From positions 1,349 through 65,348 of the forward strand of contig JAFQPM010000021.1 of assembly GCA_017411745.1 (NCBI GenBank): 64,000 nt of DNA, written 5' to 3'. Positions 37,954-48,332 of the stretch are shown here, one piece after another (the first letter of the stretch is position 1; every line of letters starts with the position of its first letter). The notes beneath the pieces were generated by a model, which had not been told where the DNA came from, ran no database searches, and was given only the letters and a program-made list of their open reading frames with translations. A program made the translations under genes and the position numbers. This stretch comes from Clostridia bacterium. Lineage in GTDB: Bacteria; Bacillota; Clostridia; Oscillospirales; CAG-272.

Positions 37954-39186
37954 TTAGAATCTGTTTGCCGAGTTTATCTGGCTCGGGAACAGACCGCCGT
38001 ACAGTTCAAGGTTTTGGCAAACGATTGGGAGATCAGCAACACCGTTCAAATGGGTAAACGTGATCCCGTTCTCGCTTGATTCCTTGTTCGCCACGTCTAC
38101 GACGAACGAGAGATCTTCGGGCAGATTCACGCATACGAAGCGAGGCTTATCGATCTCAGTGATTTTTTCGTTGCTATGTATAAGAGTCAACGCCCATTTC
38201 ATGAAAACTCTGAAGTTTTCATAAGCAATTCCGTCTTTTGTTTCGGGGATCTCACGAAGCATGAATTTGGGAAGATTGCGCTGACTCTTTCTGGAGAAGA
38301 TCTTCAAATTATGCCCCTCTTTTTCGGGAACGACCTCCTCGGGTGCATCCTCCTCATCACCCTCGGGATCGTAATTCTCAGAAAGATCATCACGATTATC
38401 CGAATACTGATCCCAAGCATCTTGATAGGAATCTGATCCCATAACAGTCAGCTTTTTGGATTGTGCCCTTTCCCTTGCGTTAAGAACCGTAAGCTCAGCA
38501 TAGGAATGGTCAAACAGAGCGTCCTCACGCACTACTTTGGGATTTCTCAAAAATTCAACGCCAAACGGGAGCGTATAGAATCCCATGACCTTACCGCCCA
38601 CAACGAATACGAATCTCGAATATATATCCTTTACGTCGAGGAATACGTAAGAAGCGTTTTTAAGCTTGGGATTAAAAAGCGTTGCCGCCGCAACCGACGA
38701 AGCAGACGCAAAGGAAAGCGTGTCGACCAAAAGCTTGTTTTCAGAGCAAGCGGAATAGATCGACGAAACGATACTGTTCTGCACCGCAGCTATACCGATG
38801 GTCGAATATTGCTTATTCTGATCTGCCATCTGAGCGATAATATGCAGATCCTTGTAGTTTCGGTAAAGACCGCCAAGAGTTGTATCAAGCATCTTTTGAG
38901 TCTGTGCCGAGCCCTTGACCGTAGGTATCCTTACCGTGTCGGTAAGAACTGCCGAATCGGGCAGAATTACCGTGACCTTGCGGATAGACTCGGAAGGAGT
39001 ATTAGCCGCAAAATCCTTCACGGCATCCTTGAACTTATCAAAAAAGTTCTCGTCGAGCTTTACCCCCGCATAGCTTTTTATATTATGAGTGATCGAGCTC
39101 TTATCGTTACCGACCATTGAATAAAAGTGAATGGCGGAACGATTGGTATCGATCGCTATTGTTGTCATATAGTTAGATTTTGCCAT
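37954..39186 (-). CDS. PilM-like cytoplasmic pilus protein with an acidic insertion
   Basis: IAID N-terminal strand and FLDV motif of the actin-like fold; position in the pil operon. Confidence 0.5.
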   Translation of the reverse strand: MAKSNYMTTIAIDTNRSAIHFYSMVGNDKSSITHNIKSYAGVKLDENFFDKFKDAVKDFAANTPSESIRKVTVILPDSAVLTDTVRIPTVKGSAQTQKMLDTTLGGLYRNYKDLHIIAQMADQNKQYSTIGIAAVQNSIVSSIYSACSENKLLVDTLSFASASSVAAATLFNPKLKNASYVFLDVKDIYSRFVFVVGGKVMGFYTLPFGVEFLRNPKVVREDALFDHSYAELTVLNARERAQSKKLTVMGSDSYQDAWDQYSDNRDDLSENYDPEGDEEDAPEEVVPEKEGHNLKIFSRKSQRNLPKFMLREIPETKDGIAYENFRVFMKWALTLIHSNEKITEIDKPRFVCVNLPEDLSFVVDVANKESSENGITFTHLNGVADLPIVCQNLELYGGLFPSQINSANRF

Positions 39187-39215
39187 TGTTTTTCTCCATA
39201 TCGCAAAATGTTAAA

Positions 39216-39590
39216 TCAGTTCGGAGATGAATAACGCCAAACCATCACGTTGCCGGTGTCATCAACCTCAACGTATAGCATTACGTTTTTTTCTGCGTCA
39301 TTTTTATGCCAAACCGTCAACACGCGGTTTTCCGCTTTGCAAGTGTAATTTCCCAATGTTGTCGGCTGCTCTGTAAATGAGCTTGCGTCTGCTGATCTTG
39401 CGTCTGCAATGAAATTCTCACCTATCTGATCAAGCTCGGCTCTTTGAGCTATCTTGATATTCTCTATTTCACCTTGATAGTGTCCTATCAAAGCAAAAGA
39501 TGAGACCAAGAAGCAAAGTGAAAATATGACCATCATAAAAAGGAGCGCATTTTCAAGCGCTATTCCCTTTTTGCTTTTAAGTATCTTCAT
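39216..39590 (-). CDS. Minor pilin-like protein
   Basis: KSKKG|IALENALLFMMVI. Confidence 0.65.
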   Translation of the reverse strand: MKILKSKKGIALENALLFMMVIFSLCFLVSSFALIGHYQGEIENIKIAQRAELDQIGENFIADARSADASSFTEQPTTLGNYTCKAENRVLTVWHKNDAEKNVMLYVEVDDTGNVMVWRYSSPN

Positions 39591-39988
39591 TATTTCGCCC
39601 CCTTTTCGTATGAGAACGAAATTATTACTTCGTCTTTATTGTTTCTTATATCAATTTCAAATTCGCTACTTGTAAAATCGGCATTTAATACTGCTGCAAA
39701 TTTATTTTCGGCTACGTAACGGTATTTTGAGCCTCCCGAATACTCCAAACCTTCGATACCTGCAAACTCAACGTTGTCTGTAAATTGACCGGAATTCTCC
39801 GACGCCTTGAAGCACTCGAGGATATTGTGCGCAAAATCCTGCGCTTCGCTGATGTTGGCTTGCTTGACTCTCGCGGAAATAGCTGACAGAACTACGGAAA
39901 GTGCCGCGATCGTCACGATTGCGATCATCGCCAGAGCTATGACCGTTTCCATTACGGAAAAGCCGCTGTTTCTTTTAGTTTTTCTCAT
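39590..39988 (-). CDS. Minor pilin
   Basis: KRNSG|FSVMETVIALAMI. Confidence 0.8.
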   Translation of the reverse strand: MRKTKRNSGFSVMETVIALAMIAIVTIAALSVVLSAISARVKQANISEAQDFAHNILECFKASENSGQFTDNVEFAGIEGLEYSGGSKYRYVAENKFAAVLNADFTSSEFEIDIRNNKDEVIISFSYEKGAK

Positions 39989-40004
39989 TCTCGCTGCCTC
40001 CTTA

Positions 40005-40463
40005 TCAGTTTGCACAGCGCAGAGCAAAAACAAAGCTCTTGTCAGCACTGTCGGAGCCAACTCGGGTAATTTCGCATTTTATCAGATTGTCTTGGATCAC
40101 AAATTTGATCTTGCTGATCGTATGCAGATTATCAATCTGTTTGCCGCCGAGATCAATCGTGCCGTTTGATACGGTAAAACCTTGATCCCCTGTTATGTCC
40201 GAGAAATCAGCGCTCGGATTATCTCTTTCCGCTATCCATTTGTATAGCTCCTCTTTGACGACGGCACAATCCTCCAAAAAGTCATATTCTTCCTTGTTGG
40301 AGGTTGAAAATTCCTTCATAGATGCAGAAAACGAAACTATCATAGCGGAAACTATTGCCACGATCGCCAAGACGATGCAAAGCTCGGCAAGAGTAAATCC
40401 ACCCTTGCCTCGTGCAGCAATATTATGCTCTGATAGCGTATTTATCCTACGTTTTCTGCCCAT
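40005..40463 (-). CDS. Minor pilin
   Basis: KGG|FTLAELCIVLAIV. Confidence 0.8.
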   Translation of the reverse strand: MGRKRRINTLSEHNIAARGKGGFTLAELCIVLAIVAIVSAMIVSFSASMKEFSTSNKEEYDFLEDCAVVKEELYKWIAERDNPSADFSDITGDQGFTVSNGTIDLGGKQIDNLHTISKIKFVIQDNLIKCEITRVGSDSADKSFVFALRCAN

Positions 40464-40494
40464 ATTTTGCCAACCTTTTCTAAAAAAAGTATCA

Positions 40495-40530
40495 AAGCAC
40501 TCTACACCCGCAAGGAGTGCAGAGTGCTTG
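40495..40530 (-). terminator. Hairpin between the major pilin and minor pilin genes
   Basis: AAGCACTCT.CAC..GTG.AGAGTGCTT. Confidence 0.55.
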
Positions 40531-40575
40531 CGTTTTACATTTTAAAAGTTAAATTCTAGATTATTTGTTTTCGTC

Positions 40576-41181
40576 TTAGGGAGTTACTTTCTCTACTGTC
40601 CAAACACCGTTGTTAAATTTGAATTCGTATCCAGTAGGCGCCTCAGCACCAGCAGTGATCTCACAAGTTGTAGCATTAGCGCCAAACTTAAAGGTTATGC
40701 CTTCAGCAGTACCTTCTTCATCAGCGGCGATAGTTTCATCAGCGTTAGCCAAATCGTAAGCTTTCTCGTAAGCATAGTTAACCTTTGCCTCGAGCACTGC
40801 AGCCTTATCGGCATCAGTAGATTTTTCTGTATTCCAAGCGTTGTCCTTAAGTGTAGATGTATAGTCCTTGTTTTCATCAACGTAAGTAAAACTAATATTA
40901 GCCTTACCATATTCATCATATTCTACATCATATACTACGAAAGAATCTCCAACTTTGTAAATGTCGTCTTCTCCGTCCTTGCCATCAAGGTTACCGTCTG
41001 CAAGGTCAAGAGCGTAAGCTTCCTTATAAAGCGATGTTGCTGCCTGCTGCACTGCACTCTTGTTTGCCTTCTCGATAACACCACCGAAAGTAGGAATCAT
41101 AACTGCTGCAAGAATTGCAATAACTGCGATTACGATTACAAGCTCTACGATTGTAAAGCCCTTCTTGTTAGACTTTTTCAT
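40576..41181 (-). CDS. pilA: Major type IV pilin
   Basis: KKG|FTIVELVIVIAVIAILAAV; first gene, consensus promoter, followed by a hairpin. Confidence 0.85.
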   Translation of the reverse strand: MKKSNKKGFTIVELVIVIAVIAILAAVMIPTFGGVIEKANKSAVQQAATSLYKEAYALDLADGNLDGKDGEDDIYKVGDSFVVYDVEYDEYGKANISFTYVDENKDYTSTLKDNAWNTEKSTDADKAAVLEAKVNYAYEKAYDLANADETIAADEEGTAEGITFKFGANATTCEITAGAEAPTGYEFKFNNGVWTVEKVTP

Positions 41182-41241
41182 AACTTTTCTCCTTTTTAGA
41201 GTTTAATATTTTCACGTGGTCTTACACCGCGTATCGTCGAC

Positions 41242-41270
41242 ATTATATCACAGCAATCGTCATTTGTCAA
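41242..41270 (-). promoter_or_regulatory. Consensus promoter of the pil operon
   Basis: TTGACA-17-TATAAT with TG extension. Confidence 0.75.
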
Positions 41271-41743
41271 CCCCCTTTACCGTTTTTCGTACAAAGTCCA
41301 CTATAAGCCCACCCAAATCAACACGCTTTTTGTGTTTTTCGAGGTCACATTGCACAATTTCAAGCCCTCGAATATGTGCAACTTTTCCATAATTCTTTGC
41401 GATCATCAGTAAAAACGCGTTTTTTGTTCACCTCCACGTACACATTATATGAAATATATGAAGATTAGCGACAAAACAGAAGCTCCGTACGTTAATTCTT
41501 TCCCCTGCCCAATAAAGCTGATGAATAAAATGAGGATTTTGGTTTATTTGACGAAAAACATTCTCCCCCAAAAATTACTAAAAACACATTTTTCCCCACC
41601 TCCAAAATCCTCTGCGGCATATCCTCGCATAGCCGATTTTTATCAAATTAAAGTTTTTAAAAGGATTTACAACATTCGTTCGATTTTTTGATTGGTCAAA
41701 ACGCCGAAAATAATCGTTTTTTGTTAGAAAAACAGATTAACTC

Positions 41744-41772
41744 TTGCATTTGCGGATTAATAATGCTATAAT
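41744..41772 (+). promoter_or_regulatory. Promoter of the RDD/ABC operon
   Basis: TTGCAT-17-TATAAT with TG extension. Confidence 0.6.
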
Positions 41773-41823
41773 AATTGTGTATGTGTGTAATGTTGTGTTT
41801 ATTTTGTGAAAGGACCCCGCAAT

Positions 41824-42585
41824 ATGGTAAACGATATCCAAAAAGCAAGTTTTTTTAAAAGACTGTCCGCTTTTATGCTTGACAGTATCATTCTGATATT
41901 GGTGGCAGTTGCGGTAGCAGTGCCGATATCTGCTATTCTCAACTATCCCGACACAGTAGAGGCATTTGAAACACACTATAAAAAATATGAAGAAAAGTAT
42001 GCGATTGATACAAACATGTCTGCCGACGAGTACGACAAATTAACTCCCGAGCAAAAGGAACGCTACGAGGAAGCAACCAAGGAATTGGCAAAAGACAAAG
42101 AAATAGTAAAGCTCTACACCACGCTTATGAACAAAACGATTTTGGTAGTGATCATTTCCCTTTTCTTTGCGTTTGTCATAACGGAATTGGCGATACCGCT
42201 GTTTTTCAAAAACGGTCAGACGCTTGGAAAGAAGATGATGTCGATCGGCGTTATGCGCGTGGACAGCGTCAGGATCTCAAGCTTCCAGTTGTTCGTTCGC
42301 TCTGTATTTGGCAAATTCTTGATGGAAACTATGATCCCCCTTCTCGTTATCATGCTGGAATTCTTCGGAGTGATGGCAGGCATGGGCGTTATAATCACCG
42401 TTTTGATCTTCATTATTCAGGTAGTACTCCTGATAGTAACGAAAAACAACTCCACAATACACGACTACTTTGCAGTTACCGTCGTCGTTGATATGAACGA
42501 CCAGACGATGTTCGACTCCCCCGAGGATCTTATAGAATACAAGAAAAAGCTACACGAGGAGGAAGTACGCAACGCGCCGTACTGA
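41824..42585 (+). CDS. RDD-family membrane protein
   Basis: ASFFKRLSAFMLD, GQTLGKK, IHDYFA. Confidence 0.85.
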   Translation: MVNDIQKASFFKRLSAFMLDSIILILVAVAVAVPISAILNYPDTVEAFETHYKKYEEKYAIDTNMSADEYDKLTPEQKERYEEATKELAKDKEIVKLYTTLMNKTILVVIISLFFAFVITELAIPLFFKNGQTLGKKMMSIGVMRVDSVRISSFQLFVRSVFGKFLMETMIPLLVIMLEFFGVMAGMGVIITVLIFIIQVVLLIVTKNNSTIHDYFAVTVVVDMNDQTMFDSPEDLIEYKKKLHEEEVRNAPY

Positions 42586-42673
42586 TACCTATTTCAACCC
42601 GTCTTAAAAAAATATTACATAAACTGCAGCTTGGCGCAAAACGCCGAGATTGCTTAAACTTTCAGGAGGTAAT

Positions 42674-43777
42674 ATGAAAGTCGAATTGCAAAACTTAACA
42701 AAAATCTTCCCCAGCCGTAACAAAAAGTCGGGTGGAGAGGTGACAGCGGTAAATGATTTTACCTTCACCATTCCCGACGGTAAGCTGGTCGGTCTGCTCG
42801 GTCCCTCCGGATGCGGAAAGAGTACCACTCTTTACATGATCAGCGGACTTCAGAAGCCCTCGTCGGGTAAGATCTTCTTCGGTGACGAGGACGTTACCGA
42901 GCTTTCCCCCGAGAACAGAGGAGTTGGTCTGGTCTTCCAGAACTATGCACTCTATCCTCACCTTACGGTTAAGCAAAACATTATGTTCCCTTTGCAGAAT
43001 CTCAGGGGTGCAGACAAGCTCTCAAAGCAGGAAATGCAGGAAAGAGCGCTTGAGGCGGCAAAGCTCGTTCAGATCGACGAGCTCATGGACCGTAAGCCCA
43101 GCGAGCTTTCGGGAGGTCAGCAGCAGAGAGTTGCTATCGCCCGCGCACTCGTTAAAATGCCTCGCGTTTTGCTTCTCGACGAGCCGCTTTCCAACCTCGA
43201 CGCACGTCTTCGTCTTCAGACCCGTGAGGAGATCAGAAGAATTCAGAAGGAAACGGGCATCACCACCGTTTTCGTTACGCACGACCAAGAGGAGGCTATG
43301 TCGATCTCCGATATGATCGTAGTTATGAAGCTCGGTGTGCTTCAGCAGATCGGTAAGCCTCAGGATATCTACGACGACCCCACAAATCTGTTCGTTGCCA
43401 AGTTCTTGGGAACACCTCCCATCAACGTTTTCAACGGAAAGGTTGAAAACGGCACGCTTTACATAGGAAGCGACGCTGTTCTTGAAGTTGGCGGTGTGTC
43501 CGATCAGCCCGTTTGGGTAGGTATTCGCCCCGAAGGCTTTACTCCCGACGATAACGGTGCTCTCGTTTGTAAGCTTAACAACGTAGAGGTTATGGGTAGA
43601 GACGTTAGCGTTGTTTCAACGCACGAGGCATCTGCTAACCCCATCGTACGCTCGATCGTCAATGCAGACAACAAGATCGACGTAACCGCAGAAAACATCA
43701 AGTATTCCTTAAAGCCTCATAAGGTGTTCATCTTCAACAAGGAAACCGAAGAAAGAATTTATTTTGAGGTGAAGTAA
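42674..43777 (+). CDS. CUT1 ABC transporter ATP-binding subunit (MalK-like)
   Basis: GPSGCGKST, LSGGQQQR, LLLDEPLSNLD. Confidence 0.95.
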   Translation: MKVELQNLTKIFPSRNKKSGGEVTAVNDFTFTIPDGKLVGLLGPSGCGKSTTLYMISGLQKPSSGKIFFGDEDVTELSPENRGVGLVFQNYALYPHLTVKQNIMFPLQNLRGADKLSKQEMQERALEAAKLVQIDELMDRKPSELSGGQQQRVAIARALVKMPRVLLLDEPLSNLDARLRLQTREEIRRIQKETGITTVFVTHDQEEAMSISDMIVVMKLGVLQQIGKPQDIYDDPTNLFVAKFLGTPPINVFNGKVENGTLYIGSDAVLEVGGVSDQPVWVGIRPEGFTPDDNGALVCKLNNVEVMGRDVSVVSTHEASANPIVRSIVNADNKIDVTAENIKYSLKPHKVFIFNKETEERIYFEVK

Positions 43778-45639
43778 TGGTAGATAGTAAGCATCAATGG
43801 AAGGCTTGGATATATTTGCTTCCCGCAATTATTCTGCTGATCATATTCACGCTATGGCCCATAATCAATACGGTCACCACAGCGTTTATATATAATGTAG
43901 AATACAAGCCTGTAATCATACAAGTTGAAGCCGTGGAAAACGCAGATGAAGAATATCTCTTCACGTACGTTGACTCGGTAGAGGGAAATAAGTACTATAT
44001 GAGCGCAGTCGTCGAGGAGGACGGCAGCGTTGACCTTGAGTACGTAAGCACTCCCGACGGCACAAACGGCAACTTTAAATACGACAATGACATCATGGCA
44101 TGGACCGTTACCGTTGGAGAAAAGCAGTATTTTATCGGTGCGACCGACGATTCCGACGCTTCCCTGTTTGAAGTCACAGAGGATAACGTTTCAAAGCTCG
44201 GCTCGTCCATATATCCCGCAAGTCTTTTCACAGAATCAGCCAATAAGCACGCCACAAGCGAGCTTGATCCCAAGGCGGGTTACAACTTTGGAATTTTCAA
44301 GGGTGTTTCCGAGGCAGTAAGATACGTTCTTGCATCCTCCGAGGAAGGCTACCTCAACACCACGGATTATCTTAACGAGTCCGCGATGCTCTGGCCTGAA
44401 AAATGCAAGGTCGGAGAAAAGAACGGCTTCAAGTTCTACTATGAGGACGAGGACTACAATTATCTCTACCTTAACACAGTAGTGAACGAGGAAGGCGAGG
44501 CTTCAATAGAGTATACGCTTGATCAGGGTGTCGGATTCTATTATAACAGCACTCACAAAGCGTGGGTCTGCCTCATTAACGATACCGAGTATTATCTCGG
44601 GCTTGACGGTATCAATAGAATAGGTGTCTATTCCCTTGCCGACATCGGCGCTGAAAACGCTCCTACACCCGCAGTAATGTATATGCACAGAGGAGAGGCG
44701 TCTGCAGCCGTTGAAATGACCAATCTCAGCGAGGATGATGCATACCGTATAGGTGCACATCGCGCGGCAGACGGAACTCAGACCTATATCACTACCGGTG
44801 CAGCCGTAGGTGGCGGTCTTATGCTGACCGAGGACTTTGTAAACGGTGAGGTCTTCTCCAAGTTTGGTATGAACAACTTTACCTACGTTCTTACCAGCAG
44901 AGGAAGTGACTTCATAGTCTGCTTGAAGAACACTCTCATTCTTACGGTCATCACAGTTCCGATCTCCACAATTCTTGCTCTCCTTATCGCAGTAGGACTT
45001 AACTCTATCAAGCCTCTGCAGAAGCTTTTGCAAACTATATTCTTCCTGCCCTACGTTACCAACTCCATCGCAATAGGAATGGTATTCGCGGCAATGTTCA
45101 ACATAGTCGGTATCAACTCCACGCAGGAGTCTGTAGGTATCATCAATAATATACTGGGACTATTCGGAGTAGAGAGGATCAACTGGATCAACTACGGCGC
45201 AGAGACCTGGGCAAGCTTCACAGCACTTATCGTCTACATCATATGGAATGCTCTGCCCTTCAAGATACTTATTCTTCTTGGCGGTCTGCAGAGTATCAAC
45301 AAACAGTACTACGACGCTGCAAAGATCGACAGCACTCCCAAGTGGCGCGTTCTTACCAGAATCACCGTTCCGTTGCTTTCTCCCATGCTCACGTACACTG
45401 TCATCACCAGCTTTATCGGCGGATTCAAGGAATACTCCAGCGTCGTCGGTATCTTCGGTGAGGATAAAGCCGTTGCGGGCGGTGCGAATATGAACACCAT
45501 AGTAGGACATATTCAGAACCACCTTACCATCACCCGTGACTACGGTCTTGCGGGCGCGGCAGCACTTATGCTGTTCGTAATAATCTTTATCGTAACCATG
45601 ATCAACTTGCGTATAAGCAAGAAGAGCACTCATTATTAA
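43777..45639 (+). CDS. CUT1 ABC permease with a ~320-aa extracellular insertion
   Basis: YLLPAII N-terminal TM; EAA loop YDAAKIDST; large beta-rich loop. Confidence 0.9.
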   Translation: MVDSKHQWKAWIYLLPAIILLIIFTLWPIINTVTTAFIYNVEYKPVIIQVEAVENADEEYLFTYVDSVEGNKYYMSAVVEEDGSVDLEYVSTPDGTNGNFKYDNDIMAWTVTVGEKQYFIGATDDSDASLFEVTEDNVSKLGSSIYPASLFTESANKHATSELDPKAGYNFGIFKGVSEAVRYVLASSEEGYLNTTDYLNESAMLWPEKCKVGEKNGFKFYYEDEDYNYLYLNTVVNEEGEASIEYTLDQGVGFYYNSTHKAWVCLINDTEYYLGLDGINRIGVYSLADIGAENAPTPAVMYMHRGEASAAVEMTNLSEDDAYRIGAHRAADGTQTYITTGAAVGGGLMLTEDFVNGEVFSKFGMNNFTYVLTSRGSDFIVCLKNTLILTVITVPISTILALLIAVGLNSIKPLQKLLQTIFFLPYVTNSIAIGMVFAAMFNIVGINSTQESVGIINNILGLFGVERINWINYGAETWASFTALIVYIIWNALPFKILILLGGLQSINKQYYDAAKIDSTPKWRVLTRITVPLLSPMLTYTVITSFIGGFKEYSSVVGIFGEDKAVAGGANMNTIVGHIQNHLTITRDYGLAGAAALMLFVIIFIVTMINLRISKKSTHY

Positions 45640-45658
45640 GAGAGGAGGCACGTCTAAT

Positions 45659-46711
45659 ATGGAAAAAATCGATAATAATTCTAACTCCTCCTTGAAGGTA
45701 ATGAAGGAAAGAGATATCCAAAAGGTTGCCTCCGGTCAGAAGGTCGCTAAGGTATTCGGTCAGATCCTCGTTTATACCTTCCTCGGTATCATGGCTCTGA
45801 TAGTGCTTTTCCCCTTCTACTTCATGATCATTTCATCACTGAAATCTCTTGAAGAATATAGATTGGCTGTTCCCACGCTGATCCCTCAGTCCTGGAAATT
45901 CCAAAACTATACCGACATACTTATCCCCTTTGACGTTGCAGAGGCTAACGGTTGGGTTGGATCTATCGTTTCTCCCGAAGCGGCAACCAACGATTTCGAC
46001 CTTTTCACACTTTTCAGAAATACGATGTTCGTAGGTATAGTTTCTACGATACTGTCGTTAGTCATCACCGTGCTTTCCGCATTTGCATTCGCTCGACTTA
46101 ACTTCAAGGGCAAGAACGCACTCTTTGCGGCGCTTCTCGGCACTATGATGATCCCCGGTGAACTTTTCACCATCACCAACTACGCAACCGTTATGACCAA
46201 GGGCGGATGGTTCCCAAGGTTCTTTAACGGGCTTGGAAATATGTTCGGTCTCTTTGGCCCCGATTTCCATATCCCGTTCGTCGATTCGAGCTTTGCTGCT
46301 CTGATCGTTCCCTTCCTTGTAAGTGTATTCTACATTTACCTTCTCAGACAGAACTTCTTGCAGATACCCAACGAGCTTTACCTCGCCGCTAAGGTAGACG
46401 GTACCAGCGACCTCAAGTATCTCTGGAAGGTTATGATCCCCCTTGCGCTCCCCACCATTATTTCTATCACGATACTCAAGATGATGGGCGCATGGAACTC
46501 TTACATGTGGCCCCGACTCGTTGCAAACGACGACGCTCACAGACTTATTACGAACGGTCTGAGAAACGCGTTTAACGACGTTTCAGGTAACACAGACTAC
46601 CCCCGTCAGATGGCGGCAGTCGCACTCGTTTCACTTCCGCTTTTCCTTGTATTTATCTTCTTCAGAAAATACATCATGAAGGGCGTAAGCCGAAGCGGCA
46701 TCAAAGGTTAA
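45659..46711 (+). CDS. CUT1 ABC permease
   Basis: LYLAAKVDG EAA loop, WNSYMWP. Confidence 0.92.
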   Translation: MEKIDNNSNSSLKVMKERDIQKVASGQKVAKVFGQILVYTFLGIMALIVLFPFYFMIISSLKSLEEYRLAVPTLIPQSWKFQNYTDILIPFDVAEANGWVGSIVSPEAATNDFDLFTLFRNTMFVGIVSTILSLVITVLSAFAFARLNFKGKNALFAALLGTMMIPGELFTITNYATVMTKGGWFPRFFNGLGNMFGLFGPDFHIPFVDSSFAALIVPFLVSVFYIYLLRQNFLQIPNELYLAAKVDGTSDLKYLWKVMIPLALPTIISITILKMMGAWNSYMWPRLVANDDAHRLITNGLRNAFNDVSGNTDYPRQMAAVALVSLPLFLVFIFFRKYIMKGVSRSGIKG

Positions 46712-46775
46712 TCGCTTTTTCAAAAAAGAAAGGGCTTAACACAAATATAATTTTATTATATGGAGGACAAAAACC

Positions 46776-48302
46776 ATGAAAATGAGAATTCTTGCGCTTT
46801 TAATGGCAGTATTTTGCTGTTTTGGTTGCTTCTCATTCGTAGCGTGCGATAACGGCGGTTCTTCCGAGACCACCACCGCAGCTCCCGAAAAAGAAGAAAC
46901 GACCACAGGCGAAGAAACCACCAAGGGTGAAGAAACCACCAACGATGTCGAAACCACCAAGGGTGAAGAAACTACCGCAGCTCCCGAAGTTCAGGACGAG
47001 GGTTACGACGGCAGTGCAGTAACCATCACCTTCTATCACACCATGGGTCAGAACCTGCGTGAAGTTCTCGATGCTTACATCGTAGAATTCAACAAGCTCT
47101 ATCCCAACATCACCATCGTTCACGAGCAGGTTGGCGGCTACGACGACGTTCGTGACCAGATCAGTACCGAGATCACCGTTGGTAACCAGCCCAACATCGC
47201 ATACTGCTATCCCGACCACGTTGCAGTCTACAACATCTCCAAGGCAGTTTATCCGCTTGACGCGCTCATCGACAACATGGCAGAGGTAACCCGCGCAGAC
47301 GGCACTACCGAGCGTATGGGTCTTACACAGAAGCAGATCAACGACTTTATCCCCGGCTACTACGCTGAGGGTAAGCAGTTCGGCGACGGCAAGATGTATA
47401 CACTTCCTCTCTCCAAGTCCACCGAGGTTCTTTACTACAACGCTACCTTCTTTGCAGAGCACGGTCTCACTCCTCCTACCACTTGGGAAGAGATGGAAGA
47501 GCTTTGCAATAAGATCAAAGAGATCGACCCCACCTGTATCCCTCTTGGATACGACAGCGAGGCTAACTGGTTCATCACTATGACCGAGCAGCTCGGTACT
47601 CCCTACACCAGCGCAACAGGCGAACACTTCCTCTTCAACACTCCCGAAAACAGAGCGTTTGTTAAGGAATTCAGAAGCTGGTTCGAGGCTGGCTACGTAA
47701 CCACTCAGGATATCTTCGGCGCGTACACCTCCGGACTCTTTGTAGAGCCCGATCCTTCCAAGCAGAGAAGCTATATGTCCATCGGATCCTCTGCGGGTGC
47801 TACCCACCAGCGTCCCGCAAAGGTTAACAACGAATATCCCTTTGAGGTTGGAATCACAAGCATTCCTCAGGCTAACCCCGATCAGCCCAAGGTTATTTCT
47901 CAGGGACCCTCGCTCTGTATCTTTGACAAGGCAAACAAGCAGGAGGTTTATGCTTCTTGGCTCTTTATGAAGTACCTCACCACTACCGTTGAGTTCCAGG
48001 CTGAATTCTCCATGGAATCGGGTTACGTTCCCGTTCTTAAGTCCGTTGCTAAGAACGAGATGTATGCTGCTTGGCTCGATAAGGCTAACGGTGGCGATAA
48101 CATCGCAGCACTTTCCGCAAAGGTTTGTCTTGATCAGGCAGACGCATACTACACCTCCCCCGCATTCAACGGCTCCTCCGTTGCTCGTGACGAGGTTGGA
48201 AAGCTCATCAAGGATTGCTTCTCCGCAGAAACCGACGACGTTGATGCTATGATCAACAAGGCATTCGAGGATGCGGTAGAAAAGTGCAAGTACCTCTCTT
48301 AA
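46776..48302 (+). CDS. ABC solute-binding lipoprotein
   Basis: Lipobox FVAC, Thr/Glu linker, ITFYH..FNKLYPNI, LPLSKSTEVLYYN. Confidence 0.9.
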   Translation: MKMRILALLMAVFCCFGCFSFVACDNGGSSETTTAAPEKEETTTGEETTKGEETTNDVETTKGEETTAAPEVQDEGYDGSAVTITFYHTMGQNLREVLDAYIVEFNKLYPNITIVHEQVGGYDDVRDQISTEITVGNQPNIAYCYPDHVAVYNISKAVYPLDALIDNMAEVTRADGTTERMGLTQKQINDFIPGYYAEGKQFGDGKMYTLPLSKSTEVLYYNATFFAEHGLTPPTTWEEMEELCNKIKEIDPTCIPLGYDSEANWFITMTEQLGTPYTSATGEHFLFNTPENRAFVKEFRSWFEAGYVTTQDIFGAYTSGLFVEPDPSKQRSYMSIGSSAGATHQRPAKVNNEYPFEVGITSIPQANPDQPKVISQGPSLCIFDKANKQEVYASWLFMKYLTTTVEFQAEFSMESGYVPVLKSVAKNEMYAAWLDKANGGDNIAALSAKVCLDQADAYYTSPAFNGSSVARDEVGKLIKDCFSAETDDVDAMINKAFEDAVEKCKYLS

Positions 48303-48332
48303 TTCTGAAATTATTTACAGGACAAATTAATA

